Source of the DNA: a virus
Taxonomy: Duplodnaviria > Caudoviricetes
IMG/VR virus record: IMGVR_UViG_3300027839_000010
Location: 1 to 56,092 of that record
DNA length: 56,092 nt
Strand: one strand, 5' to 3'
The notes beneath the pieces were generated by a model, which ran no database searches, was not told the origin of the DNA, and saw only the letters and a list, made by a program, of their open reading frames with translations. The translations under genes and the position numbers were made by a program. Below, one piece after another: positions 1 to 9,223 of the stretch (the stretch's first letter is position 1; every line of letters starts with the position of its first letter).

Positions 1-374
1 AGCCAAAAAGGATCAGTTCCAAGAATACCACCCTTCTTGTTATACTCTTTAGTAACATTTGCAACACGTCTATGACAATTAAAGCATAAACGAATGTTAA
101 TTTGTTCTAAACCAAACTTGTAAGCGTTACAAAAATAACAAAGACCATAATGCTTTACTTTAACAACTGTTAGTAATGCTTCTCTACCTTTCTTGCCTGC
201 ACAGTCTCCACATATGTCTGAAACAGTTGCGTTAGATGCCTTGTTTGATAGACAGCCAAAACATAATGCCTCTTTATATTCGTTAACTCTAGTATATTCG
301 TTCTCTTGATGTTTTTCCCAAAGTTTTTTTGTGTGGTCGTTTGCGTTCTTGTTAGTATCTAGTTCGGTGGGCAA
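1..374 (-). CDS. Cys-rich (multi-CxxC) zinc-binding protein, truncated by the window edge
   Basis: Hand translation from TTG at 374 gives MPTELDTNKNANDHTKKLWEKHQENEY...LCFGC...ICGDC...LCYFC...LCFNCH..., open to position 1. Not in the ORF track. Confidence 0.7.
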   Translation of the reverse strand, partial: MPTELDTNKNANDHTKKLWEKHQENEYTRVNEYKEALCFGCLSNKASNATVSDICGDCAGKKGREALLTVVKVKHYGLCYFCNAYKFGLEQINIRLCFNCHRRVANVTKEYNKKGGILGTDPFW

Positions 375-616
375 AATCCAGTCAACCTCTTTAAGCATTG
401 ATCCAGTGCGGTAAAAGTGTAGAACTCTATTTGCTCAGTACCTTTTTCACATTTGGTTGTCATTTTAATTATATCTTGAATAACATTTTCACAACGTGTT
501 TTCTTAACTTGAATCTTTACAGTCTTCACAACTACAACTTTTTTTGTTTTTTCTCCATATACTTTCTCCACGTTCGCCTTCCTCTTTATTTTTTTTCCTA
601 CACTCTTCACAGTCAT
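359..616 (-). CDS. small basic hypothetical protein
   Basis: ATG overlaps the portal stop (ATGA coupling); Lys-rich 85 aa. Confidence 0.6.
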   Translation of the reverse strand: MTVKSVGKKIKRKANVEKVYGEKTKKVVVVKTVKIQVKKTRCENVIQDIIKMTTKCEKGTEQIEFYTFTALDQCLKRLTGFCPPN

Positions 617-2589
617 GATTCTTGTATGTCATCCTTCTCCCAACTATTTAAACCTTCGAACTCATTCTTCACAATATCTCTGGCTTGTCTAACTGTCATC
701 ATTCCAGCCTTGCGAAGTTCGTCTACTGTTTTAGTTTTATTCCATCCAAAGTCTACGGATGTTTGTAATGTTGTCTTAACTATTTCAAAGTTGGCTGGGG
801 TAATGCCGTCTGGGAAAGATTTCCTGGACATACTTGTTCCTTGTCCTGATGCAGGGTGTCCTTGTGCAACTCCGCCTGTGTCGGACGGTCTTTGCTTGCC
901 TGGTTCGCCTTGCATTCGTTGTTGCTCCTCCTTTGGGGCGGCTGTGCCGCCTCTTCCTCCTGGGTTCTTCACAGTTCCACCGTTGTTCTCTTCGGCATCT
1001 ATCTGTTCTCTTAATGTTATGACAGGATCTTTTGATACAATAAAGTCTCCAGTGTGAGTTCTTGTAACTTCGAATCCCATTGATTGGTATGCTCTCATGT
1101 TTTCTATTTCAACTCCTTCTATTTGTAAGTTTCTAAGTTTGTCGGTTTCTTCTCCAATCTTTAATTTTAATTCCCAGTCATCTACATTTAACATAAATGC
1201 AATCTTTCGTAAAAAGCCTTTGTACAAAAAGTCCTGACCCCATTTGACTGCTCTGTTTGTAATTGTAACTTGCAAACCTTCTTGAGACCAACCAGTAGGA
1301 AGTTCTCCAAAGTAAAGGGGGAGGACACCATATGTTGCTCCTATAATCATACGTAGTTCTCTTCGTATTGTAGTAAATTCTAATTCTTTAAGTGATCCAG
1401 TAAAGTCTATCCATTCTGCCATGTTACCTGCGTTACCACCTCTGTCGTTTTCAACAAGTAGGGGGTGTATTCTGTATGGATCTTCTGCGGCAGACTCTTC
1501 AAGTGCATCCCAGGACTTTCTAAAAGTCTCATAGTTTCTTGATGCAATAACTAACATACCTCGTGGAGGTCTCATCTTGTCGAAATACTTTCTAATGTAT
1601 TCGTCCATGTGGGATAGTGCCATTACTTTACTCCAGATGGAATAAATCGGGGAGAAACCATAAACCAAGTCTGGTCTATACTTGCCTGCTTTCCAAATAA
1701 CTTCGCCTTCAGCATAAACAAATCGTTTTGGGTTTGGAATACCTAGCGAATAGATGGAGTTGACTTCGCAGATGGCTTTCAGAGCCTTCAAGGGCATGGA
1801 GTGCTTTCCGTCTTGTACGATTTGACAGTAGTCATCATCCAGAATTCGGTGCTCTCTGTGCTCAGAATGGGGGCAAACACGTACTTTATGACCTTTATCA
1901 TCGTATCCTATACGTCCATCAGAGTCTGCAATCATTGCAATCTGTGCTGGATCAGCTCGTATCATTTCTTTTATTTTCGTGTTTTTGAGCATAATTTCGC
2001 CTTTATCGTTAAAAACATAGGATTTTAGAGTTAAAACGTATGCATTATCAGCAATTTCGAGGTCTCTTTCAATCATTCTCATAACATCTTCTAATGTCTG
2101 TTCGTTACCATTTACAGGGTTAATCATTAAATCTTCTAAAACCTTACGATGTTCAGGTATTGGTCTAATTAAATTGGTTCCACCACAGGTATCACACATC
2201 AATGTGTTGTTTTTAGTCTCTCTTTGTTCCATTATTGTGAGTGCTGTGTTCTCTGTTGAGTTATCTTTCTCTGCTTCAGGAGACAATGGGGGGTATTCAA
2301 ACTCTTTTGAGCAGTCTGTACATTTGTATTTGAACTTTTCAACGATTTCAAATCCATTTTTGAACATTTCTCTGTTGATTGTTTCGATAGGAATACGTAA
2401 AGCATCTATGTTATTGGCTAACTCATAGATCATTATGAGTGGGAATGGGAAAATTGGTAGTTTAGCACCTGTATCGGTACTCATGTATGGTTGTGTTATG
2501 CTTGGTCGGACTGTTTTACCTGTCTCCCCTGCTTGAGCTTTAGTGATTAACCCATTTAAAGAGGTTTTAATACTGTTAACTAAGCCCAT
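613..2589 (-). CDS. portal protein with inserted Zn-ribbon(s)
   Basis: 658 aa with portal-type motifs (ERDLEIADNAY, YGFSPI, PPRGML, ELEF...RELRMIIGATYGVLPLYFG). A CTDC...CDTC insertion lies near the N-terminus. TATA-like element at ~2611-2620. Confidence 0.85.
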   Translation of the reverse strand: MGLVNSIKTSLNGLITKAQAGETGKTVRPSITQPYMSTDTGAKLPIFPFPLIMIYELANNIDALRIPIETINREMFKNGFEIVEKFKYKCTDCSKEFEYPPLSPEAEKDNSTENTALTIMEQRETKNNTLMCDTCGGTNLIRPIPEHRKVLEDLMINPVNGNEQTLEDVMRMIERDLEIADNAYVLTLKSYVFNDKGEIMLKNTKIKEMIRADPAQIAMIADSDGRIGYDDKGHKVRVCPHSEHREHRILDDDYCQIVQDGKHSMPLKALKAICEVNSIYSLGIPNPKRFVYAEGEVIWKAGKYRPDLVYGFSPIYSIWSKVMALSHMDEYIRKYFDKMRPPRGMLVIASRNYETFRKSWDALEESAAEDPYRIHPLLVENDRGGNAGNMAEWIDFTGSLKELEFTTIRRELRMIIGATYGVLPLYFGELPTGWSQEGLQVTITNRAVKWGQDFLYKGFLRKIAFMLNVDDWELKLKIGEETDKLRNLQIEGVEIENMRAYQSMGFEVTRTHTGDFIVSKDPVITLREQIDAEENNGGTVKNPGGRGGTAAPKEEQQRMQGEPGKQRPSDTGGVAQGHPASGQGTSMSRKSFPDGITPANFEIVKTTLQTSVDFGWNKTKTVDELRKAGMMTVRQARDIVKNEFEGLNSWEKDDIQES

Positions 2590-2613
2590 AACAAATCATT
2601 AACATATGTATAT

Positions 2614-2733
2614 TTAAACTTTGTCTATTTTTGTCACGGTTTTGTTAACTTTTTGGACAGGTTTAGGATTGTCTCCATGTGTATCGCACTTTGAATCTCT
2701 ATATTCTTTATCGCATTTGCAAGCCATAGACAT
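2614..2733 (-). CDS. 39-aa Cys/His micro-protein
   Basis: Hand translation MSMACKCDKEYRDSKCDTHGDNPKP...; TATA-like element upstream. Confidence 0.45.
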   Translation of the reverse strand: MSMACKCDKEYRDSKCDTHGDNPKPVQKVNKTVTKIDKV

Positions 2734-2763
2734 AATTATATAGGTATACTATTAAAGATTATC

Positions 2764-2988
2764 ATGGAATACCCATCTATACCTGAAGACATGGATAAAG
2801 AGTCAGTTATTGATGCCTGTATTTATGTTAATGACTGTTTTCAATTAAAAGATAATTTTCGTTTAAAGAATGATTTTGGTATGACGTTAACAGGTTTGTT
2901 AAGAGGTATATCTTCAATTGTAAAAGAACATGATAATAGATTACACAGAAACATACTTGAATCACTAAGTATATTAGCAAACAAATAA
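2764..2988 (+). CDS. hypothetical protein
   Basis: 74-aa ORF divergent from the portal unit. Confidence 0.55.
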   Translation: MEYPSIPEDMDKESVIDACIYVNDCFQLKDNFRLKNDFGMTLTGLLRGISSIVKEHDNRLHRNILESLSILANK

Positions 2989-2998
2989 CTGATTTAAT

Positions 2999-3550
2999 AT
3001 GATTCATTTCTTTACAAAGAATATAAACGAGAGAGTTTACAAAGATATTATTTGTCGTACGATTATGCTTAACGGTCATGATGGTAGGAGCAAGTCTTCA
3101 TACGAAGTATGGAAAAATTTTGAAGACAATTGGGAACTTAACATTATTCCTGTTACAGATCAAGAAGATTTTAAAGTATATTATAAACATTTGAACGTAG
3201 AAACCAGCGATGGAATCGCCTGGGGCGTGACTGGAAGCAAGGTAATTTATATGTTTGTTAATGATTCGAAGAATCCATTTATACTTCGATCTAATGTGAT
3301 GCCTCTTGCTCATGAGTTGCTTCATGCTGTTTATCAGGATAGGATTGGTACTTTTCATGTTACTAGGAAATTTAACTCCCCCGAAGGTAGAGCAGGCACG
3401 AAAGGAGCAGCTGCTACGGTTATCGTACATGACAACTGGTATGGTACAAAGAAAACTATCAAGTTTTGGATAAGACATAGTTTTATGTGGCTCCCAATTA
3501 CTATACCTTTCATCCCAATTAGTCAAGCAAAGAAAGATTATCCTATTTGA
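2999..3550 (+). CDS. putative zincin-like metallopeptidase
   Basis: HELLH (HExxH) motif after a GIAWGVT...VIYMFV strand segment. Confidence 0.55.
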   Translation: MIHFFTKNINERVYKDIICRTIMLNGHDGRSKSSYEVWKNFEDNWELNIIPVTDQEDFKVYYKHLNVETSDGIAWGVTGSKVIYMFVNDSKNPFILRSNVMPLAHELLHAVYQDRIGTFHVTRKFNSPEGRAGTKGAAATVIVHDNWYGTKKTIKFWIRHSFMWLPITIPFIPISQAKKDYPI

Positions 3551-3584
3551 TAACATTTAAATCAAAGTAATTTTATATAAAACC

Positions 3585-3674
3585 ATGACTGAAGATAAGA
3601 AAAAGAAGAAACGAACCGAATGTTCTGATGGAGTATGTAGGATAGTTGACGATCTGGATGAAATGAACTCTTGA
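3585..3674 (+). CDS. 29-aa micro-protein
   Basis: MTEDKKKKKRTECSDGVCRIVDDLDEMNS; its stop overlaps the next TTG start. Confidence 0.4.
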   Translation: MTEDKKKKKRTECSDGVCRIVDDLDEMNS

Positions 3675-3874
3675 CTATATCTAATAACGATTTTAAAAAG
3701 ACTATATGTATAGTATGTTATGATAAATTTGGACAGCATAGTAAGAATGGCTGGATGAAGTGTATGTTTAGGCTTCAAGGTACTATTGCTATGAATGATA
3801 TTAATGGTACTACTGCTGAGATTGATGGTGCCCCCTCATTAAGTGGTGGAGGTAATCCTTCAAATGGCAGTTAG
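3671..3874 (+). CDS. small Cys/His hypothetical protein
   Basis: CIVC...H...C pattern; coupled to neighbouring ORFs. Confidence 0.5.
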   Translation: MTISNNDFKKTICIVCYDKFGQHSKNGWMKCMFRLQGTIAMNDINGTTAEIDGAPSLSGGGNPSNGS

Positions 3875-4052
3875 AGAATCCATTCGTAATTTCTGTAGAG
3901 GATTAAAAAAATCTTTTAGTGGAGAAGACTATCTTCGAAACATTAATCATTGCACTAAATGTGGTAAGGCTAGTTTCTTTGGTAATACTTGCCTACAGTG
4001 TGAAACAGATAATGCGTTCGGAACTTTTAACAAGAAAGAAGGATACGATTGA
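3864..4052 (+). CDS. small Zn-finger protein
   Basis: CTKC...CLQC. A GGAGGT Shine-Dalgarno at 3848 favours the ATG at 3864. Confidence 0.6.
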   Translation: MAVRESIRNFCRGLKKSFSGEDYLRNINHCTKCGKASFFGNTCLQCETDNAFGTFNKKEGYD

Positions 4053-4198
4053 ATCCGATTAGTTTTTTTTGTAGCCCCCCAGAAAGCCAAAAAACACAAT
4101 TTTTTATCTGAGTACTTAGCTGACTAATGACGGTTTCTGAACTTCGTGAAAATACTTTTGAAATAAAATAAAAATAAAAAAGAAAAAAAAGAAGATTA

Positions 4199-4426
4199 TT
4201 AATCTTCGATTTTTATATTCAAGCGTTTACAAGCTTTAGATATTTTTTCGTATAAATATCCGTTGCCTATAAATTCGCTGTCTTTGTGGGTCATGATTTC
4301 TTTAATGGCACAAGCTAAAAGATAAGCTCCTGTCATTCTGTCATCATTACCCTCGAGGCATGGTGTTGAATAGATATCATTTATAACTACTTGATATCTT
4401 TCGTCCATGCTTTGAATTTCTGACAT
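4199..4426 (-). CDS. hypothetical protein
   Basis: 75-aa ORF with an upstream TATA-like element and a long downstream oligo-T tract on the minus strand. Confidence 0.6.
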   Translation of the reverse strand: MSEIQSMDERYQVVINDIYSTPCLEGNDDRMTGAYLLACAIKEIMTHKDSEFIGNGYLYEKISKACKRLNIKIED

Positions 4427-4657
4427 AGTTTCTCTTACATGTCGTAGTATATAACTACTATGTGAGTTTATAAAGAAAGTTGTTTTTCCTAAACACTTAT
4501 AATACTAGAAAACAAGGGGTTGAAAATTAAAATAAAAATAAAACGTGTTTTTGTTAAAGTCCACATAGTAAGTAATACTATAATCAAAACGTCAAAAATA
4601 TAGTAATAGTGCTAAAAATGGTCGTTCTTTTATTAAGTAGTATATCTAATGATATCT

Positions 4658-5122
4658 ATGTGGAAAATCACTAAAGCATTAGACACATTAGAAAACAAAA
4701 TCACGACTAGAAAAGACAGAAAACTAGCCTTGAAAAATGCCAAAACTGAATATAAAAATTTAGTAAAGGCTATCAAAAAATCCCAAAATCCAGCTGATTT
4801 TTTAAATGCTGACGATATACCAGCACAAAAAGAAACCGTAACAGAAAAGGTTTCTAGAATGTCAAAAACAAAAGTTGAAGAAAAATATGGAAAAACCATA
4901 ATTTTTAAACCAACTTCAAGAAAAACAACATACTATGCAGATAAAGGAAGCATAGACGGAAAATTTACAGCATGGTCAGAATTGACAAATTGGTTAATTG
5001 TCAGTCCAAACCCAAAAAACAAAACTGAAAACAGAATCTTTTTTAATTTCTGTGATGAAAAAAACATCAAAAATTTTACAAAACAAGCACATAAAGATGG
5101 TTTTGAGGTTGAATTTCATTGA
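4658..5122 (+). CDS. Lys-rich early hypothetical protein
   Basis: TTTTATTAA at ~4628 lies about 22 nt before ATG 4658 (the track starts at 4649). Confidence 0.65.
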   Translation: MWKITKALDTLENKITTRKDRKLALKNAKTEYKNLVKAIKKSQNPADFLNADDIPAQKETVTEKVSRMSKTKVEEKYGKTIIFKPTSRKTTYYADKGSIDGKFTAWSELTNWLIVSPNPKNKTENRIFFNFCDEKNIKNFTKQAHKDGFEVEFH

Positions 5123-5343
5123 CCTTAAACCTTCTTTCTTTATTTCCTTATGTCAAGGAATTAGAAAAACAAACTAAAGATTCAAAAATCATAATTGACT
5201 TTTTGGACTTTACTATTGTAGAGATGAAAAAAGAGATGGTAGAAAGGGAAATATCACAAAAAAGATATTTAGCAAAAATTGACCAATTAGAAAAAATGGA
5301 CAAACTAGAAAAACTAAACGAGGAGATGTTTAGGAAATATTGA
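5119..5343 (+). CDS. coiled-coil hypothetical protein
   Basis: TTGA overlap with the upstream stop. Confidence 0.55.
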   Translation: MTLNLLSLFPYVKELEKQTKDSKIIIDFLDFTIVEMKKEMVEREISQKRYLAKIDQLEKMDKLEKLNEEMFRKY

Positions 5344-5443
5344 CAAATATAACAAAAGTTTCAAAAGAAAATCTAAAATCCATAGAGGCTTTAATCGAGC
5401 TTATGACATGGAATTTGGAAATTCCAAAAGAGGATAAAGAAAA

Positions 5444-5683
5444 ATGATTAAAAAATTTATTTCTAAAAAAGAAATTTCAATTATTTCCTCAATTAGAAAT
5501 AGAAATAAAACTAAGTGTTTAAGAAACCATGATTTTGATTTAATCAGAATTGTAAAAGGTAGAAAAGTGAGATATTGTTCAAAATGTATTTTGATAAGAA
5601 CAAAAAGACAAAATGATAAAGTACAAATTGAAAAATATAATTTACAAAAAAATAAATTTCAATTCTTTGGAGTTATCCAATGA
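5444..5683 (+). CDS. small Cys/His Zn-binding protein
   Basis: KTKCLRNH...YCSKC pattern. Confidence 0.5.
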   Translation: MIKKFISKKEISIISSIRNRNKTKCLRNHDFDLIRIVKGRKVRYCSKCILIRTKRQNDKVQIEKYNLQKNKFQFFGVIQ

Positions 5684-5689
5684 TTATCA

Positions 5690-5860
5690 TTAACGTTTAT
5701 CATCAACGTTTATCATTGAAATTACCTAACCATACCGTACCATATATAAGGGAGTACCGTACCAGTACCGTACAAAAAAGTACAAAAATCGTCAGAAAAA
5801 TTCAAAAAATTTCGGGAAATCTGAGAAAAATGAAAAATCTGAAATTTGAAAAAAGGATTT
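5690..5860. repeat. short direct repeats followed by roughly helically phased A-tracts
   Basis: Tandem TTATCATyAACG units, three TACCGTAC units, then A5-A7 runs spaced about 8-12 nt apart. Confidence 0.6.
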
Positions 5861-6340
5861 ATGAAAGAAATAAGTAATAAGTTTAAGTACAAGTAATAAT
5901 AATAATCAATAATATAGTAATAATAATAATAATGATATTATAAATGTAATGTTATATAATTAATGTTATATAAGTTATATAAGTATCTATTTTATTCTAA
6001 GTAATTAGTAATAAGTAGTACACGCATATGTACACGTAAGTATAAGGGTGTAGGCATACAAACAATGGGGTAAGTAGTTGGTATTTGTTTATATAATAGG
6101 TTGTCCTAATAGAAGTATCTGATGATGGTGGATAACCTGAAGATGAATAGGAATGAGAGGTAAAGAACGTAGATACGTCATACCTCTTATTTCCGTACAC
6201 TAAGTAAGTAAGTAAATAAGTAGTAAGTATTAAGTGTACACTTAGTATAGTGTATAAGTATAGTCCATACTGTGGGTATATATAGTATATATAGTATATA
6301 TAATACAGGGCGACCAACAAAAAATGGGGGGAATCGTAGG

Positions 6341-6357
6341 GAAAGTTTTATATCAAA
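6341..6357 (+). promoter_or_regulatory. archaeal BRE+TATA early promoter
   Basis: GAAAG-TTTTATATCAAA beginning 36 nt before ATG 6377. Confidence 0.65.
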
Positions 6358-6376
6358 TCGTGCCGTAACTACCACA

Positions 6377-6688
6377 ATGACCTCGAAAAGAGAACTAGAA
6401 GAACAACTTGAATTGCAAAAAGAAATTAATGCAAAACAAGAAAAACTTCTAGGTATGAAAAAAACTGTAACCGACAAAATACAAGCAGGAACAAATTTTG
6501 TTCCTATCTGTAAAGTAGCAGGTATTACAGCAAGCTTCATGCCTACCAGCGATAAATATCCAGTACCTAGTATTTGGATATCTAAAAATGGTAGACAAGG
6601 TATGGCTATACCAGCAACAAAAGCAGGAATGGATTCCCTTGTTGCAATAGTAGCAGAAGTATTAGAAAAAGCAGAATTAACAGCATAG
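6377..6688 (+). CDS. stand-alone early protein (N-terminal coiled coil; possibly nucleic-acid binding)
   Basis: Leaderless ATG after the promoter, 103 aa, followed by a T-rich terminator at ~6722-6735. Confidence 0.7.
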   Translation: MTSKRELEEQLELQKEINAKQEKLLGMKKTVTDKIQAGTNFVPICKVAGITASFMPTSDKYPVPSIWISKNGRQGMAIPATKAGMDSLVAIVAEVLEKAELTA

Positions 6689-7182
6689 AATAAACATCTA
6701 TGTGAAAAATTCTCTTTACTCTCTTTTTTTTTATTTAACTTATTTAAAAAACGCTTTCCTGTCCTGCCCGAAGGGCTTAAGTACTTACTTACTTAAGTAT
6801 AAGTTGTACACTTAGTAAGTCTTAAGTATACTTAGTAATATATATGTTTGGTCGTGACTATTAGGCGTAATTTGTATCATATTTATTTAAAATTTCGTAG
6901 ATAATGACATGATCGGCAGGTATAGGGCGTAATATACAGGCGTATAGGGTAAAACAAAACAAAAGGATATATGTCTATTAATAAGGAATATTGTATGTAT
7001 TATGGTGTATGTTATGGTGTAGGTAGTGTAAGAGTTATTATTGGTGGTTTTTCCCCCCTCATTATATTATATTAGTCATGTATTATATGTTATATCTTAT
7101 ACGCACACGCATGAGTAGTATTGTTATGTGTATTGTATATGTTATTGATATTGTATTACCCCCCCCTATATTATAAGTATTA

Positions 7183-7227
7183 TTTCCAACAAATCCCCGT
7201 TGGAAAAGGGTGGAAAGATTTAAATCA
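7183..7227 (+). promoter_or_regulatory. palindromic operator plus BRE/TATA promoter
   Basis: TTTCCAAC-N8-GTTGGAAA (7183-7206) then GAAAGATTTAAATCA (7213-7227). Confidence 0.65.
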
Positions 7228-7251
7228 GATGTTCGATTTAGTCACGACATC

Positions 7252-7779
7252 TTGAAAAATTCAAATCATGACTCAAGAAATAGATTACAATCAGGTACTA
7301 CTTTTGAATGTGCTATTGTAAAAAGAGATGTCCAAAGGCAAACATCTCAACGTAAAGTATCTAGAAATACAATACAAAAATTACAGAACGAACGTTATGT
7401 AAAGAGTGTGTTGAGAAGATACAATAAATTAAAACCATTCGTAGCCAATGGTGTTACTGATGTAGATAGAATGAACTACATGACAAGACATGGCATACCT
7501 ATTGTCAAACAAGGTCAAAGAATATACAGCAAAGAGTATATCATTAGATGTTACGACCAACTAATGAAGTTCATCAAGAATCACAAGAGTGATAATCCAA
7601 AAAGCGTTACTAGAAGTATAGCCGATAGACTATCTGCAATAGTATATAAAGAGAGCAGATATAATAACCCAACCAAAGCACAAAGATATGGGTTACACAT
7701 ACCTAGAACTATAACAGTTGAGCCTGTTATGTATAATGGAGAACGTACTAACATTCCATTGAGTGAGGTATTAAATTGA
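7252..7779 (+). CDS. basic early hypothetical protein
   Basis: The in-frame TTG at 7252 fits the promoter spacing better than the track start (7210). Confidence 0.65.
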   Translation: MKNSNHDSRNRLQSGTTFECAIVKRDVQRQTSQRKVSRNTIQKLQNERYVKSVLRRYNKLKPFVANGVTDVDRMNYMTRHGIPIVKQGQRIYSKEYIIRCYDQLMKFIKNHKSDNPKSVTRSIADRLSAIVYKESRYNNPTKAQRYGLHIPRTITVEPVMYNGERTNIPLSEVLN

Positions 7780-8015
7780 TAATACATCATCAACAAGACC
7801 TCAAAAATGAGTGGCAAGTTAGGCATAAATTCCTTGCAAGAGCTCATGAAATTAGTAATGAATGGCGTGTTATCAACGGCATGATTACTCTTGATGAGGA
7901 AACAAGTAGAATCATATACAATGATTCTATGCCTCAAGAGTTTCAACCCACTCTTAACAAGGCACACAATTTCAACAAATACATCAAGGAATTAAGAGAG
8001 AGGTATATACAATGA
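7776..8015 (+). CDS. hypothetical protein
   Basis: Coupled by a 4-nt overlap; SD-like GAGGT upstream. Confidence 0.6.
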   Translation: MIIHHQQDLKNEWQVRHKFLARAHEISNEWRVINGMITLDEETSRIIYNDSMPQEFQPTLNKAHNFNKYIKELRERYIQ

Positions 8016-8167
8016 CAGAAAAAGTGAAAGCATACTGTAATATGTGTGGGTTTGATACATATCGTGATAGAGGACAAGATTGTCCTTATCATCAAAAGGT
8101 TATGCAAAGTGAAGAAGGATCTTATCTATTATATGATGAGTTCAACCAAGATGGAGAGGAACTATAA
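8012..8167 (+). CDS. 51-aa Zn-binding micro-protein
   Basis: MTEKVKAYCNMCGFDTYRDRGQDCPYH...; overlaps both neighbours. Confidence 0.55.
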   Translation: MTEKVKAYCNMCGFDTYRDRGQDCPYHQKVMQSEEGSYLLYDEFNQDGEEL

Positions 8168-8526
8168 TGGATCTATCTAATAGTGGTGGATCATTAACCT
8201 TTGGGTATAGGGAACAAATGTATCTCATGGATTTCATGCAAAGCATTGATGACATGAAAAGGTATGTAAAATTCCTCGAAGATTATGATCGGATCAATAT
8301 TGATATGAAAGAACATGATGACGAATCATTCGAGATAGATTTAGATGACACACAATCATTTTGGCATAATAATGATGGCGACCTAATCATGTGCCTGTCA
8401 GGTATTGCATACGAAACTAGATGTTATGCCTACTTTGGTATAAAAACATTTAGCAAGAAAATAGTATTGCTTCAGGTATGTGATTCATCTACTGATCAAC
8501 CATACTATGAGAGGGCAGAAGAATGA
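8167..8526 (+). CDS. acidic hypothetical protein
   Basis: TAATG coupling; GGAGAGG SD. Confidence 0.6.
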   Translation: MDLSNSGGSLTFGYREQMYLMDFMQSIDDMKRYVKFLEDYDRINIDMKEHDDESFEIDLDDTQSFWHNNDGDLIMCLSGIAYETRCYAYFGIKTFSKKIVLLQVCDSSTDQPYYERAEE

Positions 8527-8723
8527 CTATGATATGCCAAACATGTGAAACTAATAAGACATTAGATTTTCAGATGTTAGTCAATAAATGTATAGAAGCA
8601 AAATTCAATGAGAAATACATACCAATCAGGAAATATTTTGAACAAGATATATGTTTTGAATGTTATGAATCAGAAGTTGAGGGTATATCAAGAGTATTAT
8701 ATGAGGTTGAAAATGACCTGTGA
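8523..8723 (+). CDS. small CxxC/CxxC protein
   Basis: CQTC...CFEC; ATGA coupling. Confidence 0.55.
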   Translation: MTMICQTCETNKTLDFQMLVNKCIEAKFNEKYIPIRKYFEQDICFECYESEVEGISRVLYEVENDL

Positions 8724-8810
8724 ATGTAATCATTGTAGGAGTGAGAAAACAAGGGCACATCTTATAAACATAATGTATTTTCCTGAAATTGCATTGAAGG
8801 TATTAAGACC

Positions 8811-9050
8811 ATGACCAATAAGATAACAGTAGTCGTGGACATAGATGATACAGAATCATTAACTGAGCATGGATCTCTTGATGGTGGTGTGTATGGTATG
8901 GATCGTGATGGTGTGTATCATATGTGGTATGGTAGTAGGTCTTATCTTGTTAGATTTTCCCCCCCTTGTGAATACTGTGGGGAATTGATCTGTAACTGTG
9001 AGGAAGTAATAGATAAAAACATACAGGCACAAGAGAGGACAGAACAATGA
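8811..9050 (+). CDS. hypothetical protein with a Cys cluster
   Basis: CEYCGELICNC; coupled. Confidence 0.55.
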   Translation: MTNKITVVVDIDDTESLTEHGSLDGGVYGMDRDGVYHMWYGSRSYLVRFSPPCEYCGELICNCEEVIDKNIQAQERTEQ

Positions 9051-9223
9051 AATCTGAACAAAATATTAGATTAGAATTATATCTAGAACAAGGTAACTTG
9101 GCAGTTGCAGAAGAAGATATACCAAATGATTGGTATGATGAGGGAGATGTTAGGTGTTACGTTGAAAACATTGCAAGAATAGAGGGAAAAATAGAATCTT
9201 ATGAATGGGTGTTAGAACAATGA
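9047..9223 (+). CDS. 58-aa acidic micro-protein
   Basis: Hand translation MKSEQNIRLELYLEQG...; ATGA overlaps at both ends. Confidence 0.55.
   Translation: MKSEQNIRLELYLEQGNLAVAEEDIPNDWYDEGDVRCYVENIARIEGKIESYEWVLEQ

Larger units (their letters stand above)
5880..7180. repeat. AT-rich low-complexity region with TAAGT/ACTTA iterated and palindromic elements (candidate origin or genome-end region)
   Basis: 14-bp inverted pair at 6201-6214/6782-6795; 13-bp direct repeat TGTACACTTAGTA at 6235 and 6805; palindromes TAAGTGTACACTTA (6231) and TAAGTATACTTA (6823). Confidence 0.55.

Noticed and set aside
398-1057. 219-aa plus-strand ORF, and similar antisense ORFs across the window (e.g. 37148, 38201, 47435, 53782)
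   Set aside because: These are shadow frames opposite well-supported genes, with no motifs or promoter support.
613-2589. Intein in the portal (also checked in MCM, RadA and TerL)
   Set aside because: No C/S...HN-C/S/T splice junctions or LAGLIDADG motifs were seen, and protein sizes need no intein.
5680-5877. 65-aa ORF
   Set aside because: It consists of DNA repeats and A-tracts and is better explained as a non-coding element, though it cannot be fully excluded.
5997-6540. Minus-strand ORFs 5997-6320 and 6187-6540
   Set aside because: One is a Tyr/Ile-rich translation of low-complexity DNA; the other is antisense to the 6377 gene.
5690-7180. Possible CRISPR or mini-CRISPR array
   Set aside because: The repeats are 14 bp or shorter, irregularly spaced, and lack unique 30-40-bp spacers.
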